Origin: Verrucomicrobiota bacterium
Lineage (GTDB): Bacteria > Verrucomicrobiota > Lentisphaeria > Lentisphaerales > Lentisphaeraceae
DNA length: 30,997 nt
Direction of reading: 5' to 3'
Assembly (NCBI GenBank): GCA_039798785.1
Contig: JBDKFG010000061.1
Coordinates: 1-30,997 of the forward strand
The notes beneath the pieces are model-generated. The model worked only from the letters and a program-made list of their open reading frames with translations, had not been told where the DNA came from and searched no databases. Within the stretch, counting starts at the first letter, position 1; each line of letters begins with the position of its first letter. The position numbers were made by a program, and so were the translations under genes. Positions 25,720 through 30,997 of the stretch are shown piece after piece.

Positions 25720-27186
25720 ATGAATCTCCAGAAACTCACCCTCACCGAAGCCGCCGAAGCTCTCGCCGCCGGCAAGCTCACTTCCCGCAGTCTGGTCGAG
25801 GCGCTCCTCGCCCGCACCGAGACCACCGATGGCAGCATCGGCGCCTACGCCTCGCTCGATGCCGAGCGCGCCCGCCGCGAAGCCGACGCCGCTGACGCCC
25901 GCCGCGCCGCCGGCAAAATCCTCTCCCGCTTCGACGGCCTGCCCATCGCGATGAAGGACAACATCGCGGTCAAGGACGAAGTCGTGCAGTGCGGCTCGAA
26001 GATCCTCGACGGGCTCAAGTCGACCTACGATGCCACCGTCGTGTCGCGCCTCCGCGCCGCCGGCGTCATCCCGATGGGACGCTCCAACATGGACGAGTTC
26101 GCCATGGGCTCGACCAGCGAGAACTCGCAGATCAAGACCACCCGCAACCCCTGGAACGCCCAGCGCGTCCCCGGCGGTTCCTCGGGTGGCGCCGCCGCCG
26201 GCGTCGCAGCCGGTTCGATGCTCGCCGCCTTGGGATCCGACACCGGCGGCTCGATCCGCCAGCCCGCCGCCTTCTGCGGCACCGTCGGCCTCAAGCCCAC
26301 CTACGGCACCGTATCCCGCTTCGGCCTCGTCGCCTACGCCTCGTCGCTCGACCAGATCGGCCCCGTCACCCGCGACGTCCGTGACTGCGCCGAGCTCTAC
26401 GACCTGATCGCCGGCCACGACCCGATGGACTCCACCTCGATTCCCGGCCCCCGTGAATCCGCCGTCGCCGCCCTCGCCCAGGACGTCAAGGGCCTGCGCG
26501 TCGGCCTGCCCAAGGAATGGCTCGAAGTCGACGGCCTCGACCCCGAGTGCCGTGCCGCCGTCGAAAAGGCGGTCAAGGCCCTCGAAGCCCGCGGCGCCAG
26601 CGTCGTCCCGGTCGCCCTGCCTCACACCAAATACGCCATCCCGGCCTACTACGTCATCGCCACCGCCGAAGCCTCGACCAACCTCGCCCGCTTCGACGGC
26701 ATCCGCTACGGCAACCGCGTCGAAGGCAAGCGCCTCGAAGGCGAGACCGACATCCTCAGCCTGTATAAATCGACCCGCGCCCAAGGCTTCGGCAAGGAAG
26801 TCCAGCGCCGCATCCTCCTCGGCACCTTCGTGCTGTCGAAAGGCTACGCCGACCGCTACTACCTGCAGGCCCAGAAGGTTCGCACCCTGATCAAGCGCGA
26901 CTTCGATGCCGCCTTCGCCCAGTGCGACGTCATCGCCGGCCCGGTCGCTCCCGGCGTCGCCCCCGCCTTCGGCGATCTGAAGGACCCGATCAAGGCCTAT
27001 CTCAGCGACGTCCTGACCATCGGCGTCAACCTCGCCGGCCTGCCCGCCCTCAGCGTTCCCTGCGGCCTCGTCCACGGCCTCCCGGTCGGCCTGCAGCTGG
27101 TCGGCCCGGCCCTCGCCGAGAACACCCTGATCCGCACCGCCGCCGCGGTCGAAAAGGACTTCTCCCTCGCCGCCGCGCCCTGCTGA
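25720..27186 (+). CDS. gatA: Asp/Glu-tRNA(Asn/Gln) amidotransferase subunit A
   Basis: KDNI, NMDEFAMGSTSEN, PGGSSGG, GSDTGGSIRQPAAFCG, NLARFDGIRYG and GFGKEVQRRILLGTFVLS. Confidence 0.97.
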   Translation: MNLQKLTLTEAAEALAAGKLTSRSLVEALLARTETTDGSIGAYASLDAERARREADAADARRAAGKILSRFDGLPIAMKDNIAVKDEVVQCGSKILDGLKSTYDATVVSRLRAAGVIPMGRSNMDEFAMGSTSENSQIKTTRNPWNAQRVPGGSSGGAAAGVAAGSMLAALGSDTGGSIRQPAAFCGTVGLKPTYGTVSRFGLVAYASSLDQIGPVTRDVRDCAELYDLIAGHDPMDSTSIPGPRESAVAALAQDVKGLRVGLPKEWLEVDGLDPECRAAVEKAVKALEARGASVVPVALPHTKYAIPAYYVIATAEASTNLARFDGIRYGNRVEGKRLEGETDILSLYKSTRAQGFGKEVQRRILLGTFVLSKGYADRYYLQAQKVRTLIKRDFDAAFAQCDVIAGPVAPGVAPAFGDLKDPIKAYLSDVLTIGVNLAGLPALSVPCGLVHGLPVGLQLVGPALAENTLIRTAAAVEKDFSLAAAPC

Positions 27187-27240
27187 CGCCGCGAGTCGTC
27201 ACTGCCGCCCATCAGGCTCGGGCAAAATTCAGGAGTCGCC

Positions 27241-27870
27241 ATGCGCCAAGACATCGTTGATGACAGAACCCTCATCTTAAAGTCAAAAGTCGGCGCCGGC
27301 GGCTGGGTCGCGGCGATCTTCTCGTCGCTCTTCTGCGGCTACCTCCTCACGTGCTGGATCCTGATGATCTACTCCGGCATGGCCGAGCTCCATTGGAGCG
27401 ACGAGGAGGTGGTGCAGAAGGCCTTCCCTGTCGTCCCCTTTGTGACGCCTTTCCTCGTCATGCTCTTTTTCCGGCTCAACCGGCGCGGTTGGAACTGGTT
27501 CCTCTATGAAGACCGGCTGATCAACGGCAGCGGGGATGTCCTGGCGTTCTCGGACATCGAGTCGATTCATCGCGGCATTCCGCCGAAACCGGTGGGGGCG
27601 CTGATGCGCTTGTTTTCCTGGAAAGCTAACGTTCGGAATGCGATTGAAATGCAACAGGCGATTCGCAGCGAAGTGCTTCTGCTTCGCCTCAGCAAGGGGC
27701 GCTATTTCCTTTTTTTCATGCCAAGGGATCTGACCCGACAGACTGAGCTTGAGCAACGCTTCCTCAAAATCAATCAGGAGAAGCTGCAGCCGTCCGCCTA
27801 TTCCGAGATCGAAAAGGAGCGCCTCTTGAAAGCCAAATACAACCGGATTCTTTCCTGGCAGGAAGCTTGA
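27241..27870 (+). CDS. Hypothetical membrane protein (2 N-terminal TM helices + soluble domain)
   Basis: AGGAG RBS, two hydrophobic segments, then a basic beta-rich domain. Confidence 0.7.
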   Translation: MRQDIVDDRTLILKSKVGAGGWVAAIFSSLFCGYLLTCWILMIYSGMAELHWSDEEVVQKAFPVVPFVTPFLVMLFFRLNRRGWNWFLYEDRLINGSGDVLAFSDIESIHRGIPPKPVGALMRLFSWKANVRNAIEMQQAIRSEVLLLRLSKGRYFLFFMPRDLTRQTELEQRFLKINQEKLQPSAYSEIEKERLLKAKYNRILSWQEA

Positions 27871-27873
27871 TTC

Positions 27874-28470
27874 ATGATCATGCGGCTCATCCGATCCTTG
27901 CCGCTGCTCTTTTTTCTCGCGGTCAGCGGCTGCGGATTGAATAATATCCTGATCGGACAACGGATGATCGACGAATATCATCTGGCCAAAGAACAGGTCC
28001 TGCTGCGGCAAGAGATCGACTTCAGCCAGAAGCAGGAGATCGACTTCACCCTCCACTCCGATTATCCACGCAGCGCCCATGGGGTGAAGTTGAATTTGCG
28101 TTGGCAGCAGGAATTGACGAAGGACGAGCTTCAGAAGGAACTGGCGGCGCTTGAGGGCCATTTGACTGTGCGAAATCCGCAAGGAGAGACCGTCTGCCAG
28201 GAGAACTTGCGCGACAAGATTCCCTGCGATCCCTCGCGGAATCTGGTCTGCGTCTACATCCCCCTTCACGCCCGTTTCCCGGCACATCTCAGTCTTCAGA
28301 AGCCCGCACCCCGGCTCGGCAAGGCGGTTTTGGAGGTGCGTTATGCGCTCTGCGGTTGTGAACTCCTCAAGCCGCGCCTCGCCTATTTGATCGGCTGGGC
28401 CACCCTTGTCTTTGGCTTGCTCGCCACGCTCGCGGTGATCTGGTGGATGAAGTTGACGGCCAGGCATTGA
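27874..28470 (+). CDS. Hypothetical lipoprotein-like protein with C-terminal TM helix
   Basis: LPLLFFLAVSG-C lipobox and C-terminal LIGWATLVFGLLATLAVIWW followed by basic residues. Starts 3 nt after the upstream stop. Confidence 0.7.
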   Translation: MIMRLIRSLPLLFFLAVSGCGLNNILIGQRMIDEYHLAKEQVLLRQEIDFSQKQEIDFTLHSDYPRSAHGVKLNLRWQQELTKDELQKELAALEGHLTVRNPQGETVCQENLRDKIPCDPSRNLVCVYIPLHARFPAHLSLQKPAPRLGKAVLEVRYALCGCELLKPRLAYLIGWATLVFGLLATLAVIWWMKLTARH

Positions 28471-28555
28471 GATAGATTGCGTAAGTCCCTCTTGTGGAGC
28501 TCGCTGCTTTCGATCTATAATGCCTGTAAGCAACAGGATGCCCAGGAGGATTCGG

Positions 28556-30616
28556 ATGCGAGCCGCGTGGCCTCTTCTCTGTCTATGTGCAGCTGTCCTT
28601 CAAGCCGATGAGGCTCCTGAGGGCAAAGGCAAGTACGACATGACTCTGGACGAGCTGGCGCAGCTCCGCATCACCTCGGTGTCCGGCTACGCTCAGGAGT
28701 TCTGGGATGCACCTGCGGCGGTCACGGTGTTGACTCCGGAGGACTTCAAGCGAAGGGGCAATACCAGCATTCCCGAGGCCTTGCGCTTCATTCCCGGGCT
28801 TCAGGTCGGGCAGATCGGTTCGGGAAGCTGGGGCATAGGTTCTCGAGGCTTCGCCGACCGCTCAACCATGAATCTGCTGGTCCTGATCGATGGGCGAAGC
28901 GTTTACACCAACATGGTCAACGGCGTCTACTGGGAGCGTCACGAATTGATCCTCGAGGACATTGAACGGATCGAAGTGATCCGAGGGCCCGGAGCTACTC
29001 TTTGGGGTTCGAACGCGGTCAATGGCGTGATCAACATCACCACCAAGCGGGCGCGAGACTGCCAGGGGAGCCTGGTGAGTGGAGGCTTCAGCGGCTTCCG
29101 GCAGCACTTGGGCCTGCGTCAGGGCGGCGGCATCGGCGATGACCAATGGTATCGAGTTTACTTGCAAGGGGTCGATCATGCGGATGCTCGCAGCCATGCA
29201 GGCGACGGAGAAGGCGATGGATACGGCAGTCTCCTCTCCGGATTCAAGCACGAATGGGAAGCCGACGCCGAGACCCTCCTCACTCTGCAAGGGGATCTCT
29301 ACCAGGCTCAGGGGCGGCGGGAAAATACAGTCATCGTCAATCCCGATTTCCAGACCAGGATACGCACCGGCAATCCCGGATTCCCCTTCCTGCAGACTGG
29401 CGGGGTCGGCAGCCTCGATCTTGACGGCGACGGCGTCGTCGACAACCCCGCCCTGCTCCGCCAGGGGAATCGCGTCGACACCCTGGCAGCCAATCTCATG
29501 GCCACTTTGAGACGAGACTTTGATGCCGACAGCGGTTGGCAGCTGAAATCCTATTGGGATCATGACCGGATCGAAAGCCCTGCCTTCGCGGCCGAGCGCC
29601 ACAGCTTTGATCTCGACGCCCGCCAATGGATGGAGATCGACGATGACAATCATTTCATCTGGGGCCTGGGCTCGCGACTCCATCATGATTCGGTCAGCGA
29701 TTCGCCTAGTCGCGTCACCACTGCGGTTCCCGAAGGAAGGGACTGCCGGCTCCATTCCGCCTTCTTGCAGAACACTAGCGAGCTGGCCGAGGATCGCCTC
29801 TGGTTGCTGTACGGGAGCAAGTTCGAATGGGAGAGCTACACCGGTTTCAATGTCCAGCCTTCCGTCAGGCTTAATGGCAAGGTCGATGACAGAAACAGTC
29901 TTTGGCTCGCTTATTCCCATGCGGTTCAGACGCCCGGACGCCTGATCGAAGACATGCGCCAGAAGACGGCGGTCGAACGGGATGGCCTGGGGATACTCGG
30001 TACGGTTCTAGGCAGCGGCGAGGATTCCAGCGGCGACACCGCCCGCACTCTCGATGCCTATGAAGTCGGATGGAGGACGAGACCTGTCGACGAGCTCACC
30101 CTGGATCTCGCCGTCTTCCGTCACGATTATCGACACCTCCTGGTGGTCGAGACGGTTCAGTCGAATCCCGGCATGCCCTTCGTAAGTCAGCTGAAGGCGG
30201 AGGAAAGCAATGTCTCCCACGGTCTGGAATCCATGCTGAAATGGCACGCCTCGGAGGAGTTGGATCTCGGATTCGGCTACACATACACACACATCGGCAC
30301 CGCCAGTCAAGACGACGTGCCACGGCACATGTTTAATGCCGAGGCGCATTGGAGCTTTGCCGAAGATTGGAGTTTTCACACGGTCAATTACCTGAGTAGT
30401 CACCAGGAGCTGAATTCCTACGAGATGAGCATGGGCACCGGGACTCAGCTTCGTTCCGACTTCGGATTGAGCTGGGAGGCGCGTGACAATCTGGCAATCT
30501 CCTTCTGGATTCAGAACGCCTGGCAAGGTCAACACCCGGAGCTGGCGGACAGGAATCTCTACGGTATCACGGAGATTCCCCGCACTTTCCTGCTGCAGTT
30601 GAGCTGGAGCTTCTAG
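28556..30616 (+). CDS. TonB-dependent receptor (plug + beta-barrel)
   Basis: AGGAGG RBS, signal peptide, MTLDELAQLRITSVS, DAPAAVTVLT, LVLIDGRSVY, DIERIEVIRGPGATLWGSNAVNGVINITTK and C-terminal LSWSF. Confidence 0.93.
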   Translation: MRAAWPLLCLCAAVLQADEAPEGKGKYDMTLDELAQLRITSVSGYAQEFWDAPAAVTVLTPEDFKRRGNTSIPEALRFIPGLQVGQIGSGSWGIGSRGFADRSTMNLLVLIDGRSVYTNMVNGVYWERHELILEDIERIEVIRGPGATLWGSNAVNGVINITTKRARDCQGSLVSGGFSGFRQHLGLRQGGGIGDDQWYRVYLQGVDHADARSHAGDGEGDGYGSLLSGFKHEWEADAETLLTLQGDLYQAQGRRENTVIVNPDFQTRIRTGNPGFPFLQTGGVGSLDLDGDGVVDNPALLRQGNRVDTLAANLMATLRRDFDADSGWQLKSYWDHDRIESPAFAAERHSFDLDARQWMEIDDDNHFIWGLGSRLHHDSVSDSPSRVTTAVPEGRDCRLHSAFLQNTSELAEDRLWLLYGSKFEWESYTGFNVQPSVRLNGKVDDRNSLWLAYSHAVQTPGRLIEDMRQKTAVERDGLGILGTVLGSGEDSSGDTARTLDAYEVGWRTRPVDELTLDLAVFRHDYRHLLVVETVQSNPGMPFVSQLKAEESNVSHGLESMLKWHASEELDLGFGYTYTHIGTASQDDVPRHMFNAEAHWSFAEDWSFHTVNYLSSHQELNSYEMSMGTGTQLRSDFGLSWEARDNLAISFWIQNAWQGQHPELADRNLYGITEIPRTFLLQLSWSF

Positions 30617-30703
30617 GACGCTTGCCGGAGTTTTCGGAAGAACCAAGTCTGTTGCAGATCTATGCTTCCCCTTCGGTTCCGGCGAAGTCGGATCTCTTAC
30701 GAA

Positions 30704-30997
30704 TCAGCTCCGATAGGCCTGGCGGCCGATGCCCTGGACGGGAATGCCCTGGGCCTTGAGCACTTCGCTCTGCAGGGCGTACATGCAGGCGGCGGCTTCG
30801 TCGATCTTGCGGGTGAAGGCGAGGGAGCCCTTGAGGATGGGGAGGAGCTTCTCCTTGTCCTGGATGCGGGCGGCGGGGTACTCGTGCTCGACGACGAGGG
30901 GGCAGGTGGCGAAGTCGAGGTCGAGCAGTTCGCGGGCGGCGAGCTGGTGGTCGAGCCAGTCGACGGTGCGGTTCTGCAGGTAGGCGAGGGGGTCGTG
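30704..30997 (-). CDS. 3' end of a gene running off the window; possibly a sugar-phosphate isomerase/epimerase (xylose-isomerase-like TIM barrel)
   Basis: Not in the ORF track. Manual translation gives [14 protein letters not shown]...[30 protein letters not shown]...GRQAYRS* with strong GC3 bias. The VDW and LVVEHE motifs suggest the family. Confidence 0.7.
   Translation of the reverse strand, partial: HDPLAYLQNRTVDWLDHQLAARELLDLDFATCPLVVEHEYPAARIQDKEKLLPILKGSLAFTRKIDEAAACMYALQSEVLKAQGIPVQGIGRQAYRS

Noticed and set aside
27283..28533. 416-aa minus-strand ORF
   Set aside because: It is antisense to two + strand genes that have start signals and coherent TM/lipoprotein features, and it shows no protein motifs itself.
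30729..30983. 84-aa + strand ORF at the window end
   Set aside because: It is the shadow of the minus-strand partial gene 30704..>30997, which has the host codon bias.

Overview
GC-rich bacterial window, probably PVC superphylum (Lentisphaerae/Verrucomicrobia-like; inferred from the Chlamydia/PVC-type giant GreA). It is mostly scattered housekeeping genes (gpsA, plsY, mreB, stand-alone rsmH, large greA, atypical prs, HtpG-like ATPase, pyrB, gatC, gatA) mixed with envelope and secreted genes (alginate-export-type beta-barrel, two TonB-dependent receptors, lipoproteins, a GT2, and a VCBS/cadherin/serralysin/RTX protease). No rRNA, tRNA, CRISPR array, transposase or phage gene was recognised. 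The main candidates for novelty are: (i) a fusion of a degenerate archaeal-adenylate-kinase-like domain and a nucleotide N-glycosidase (NDT/Rcl/MilB-like) domain at 6015-7055, preceded by a hairpin-rich region with ykkC-riboswitch-like segments; (ii) a promoter-bounded, structured, GGA-rich candidate sRNA between mreB and the porin; (iii) a membrane protein built from four tandem [TM hairpin + TPR-like] modules; (iv) a PRPP synthetase with altered signature motifs in a tight operon with a SecDF-head lipoprotein and giant GreA. All family calls come from recognising motifs by eye, not from database searches.
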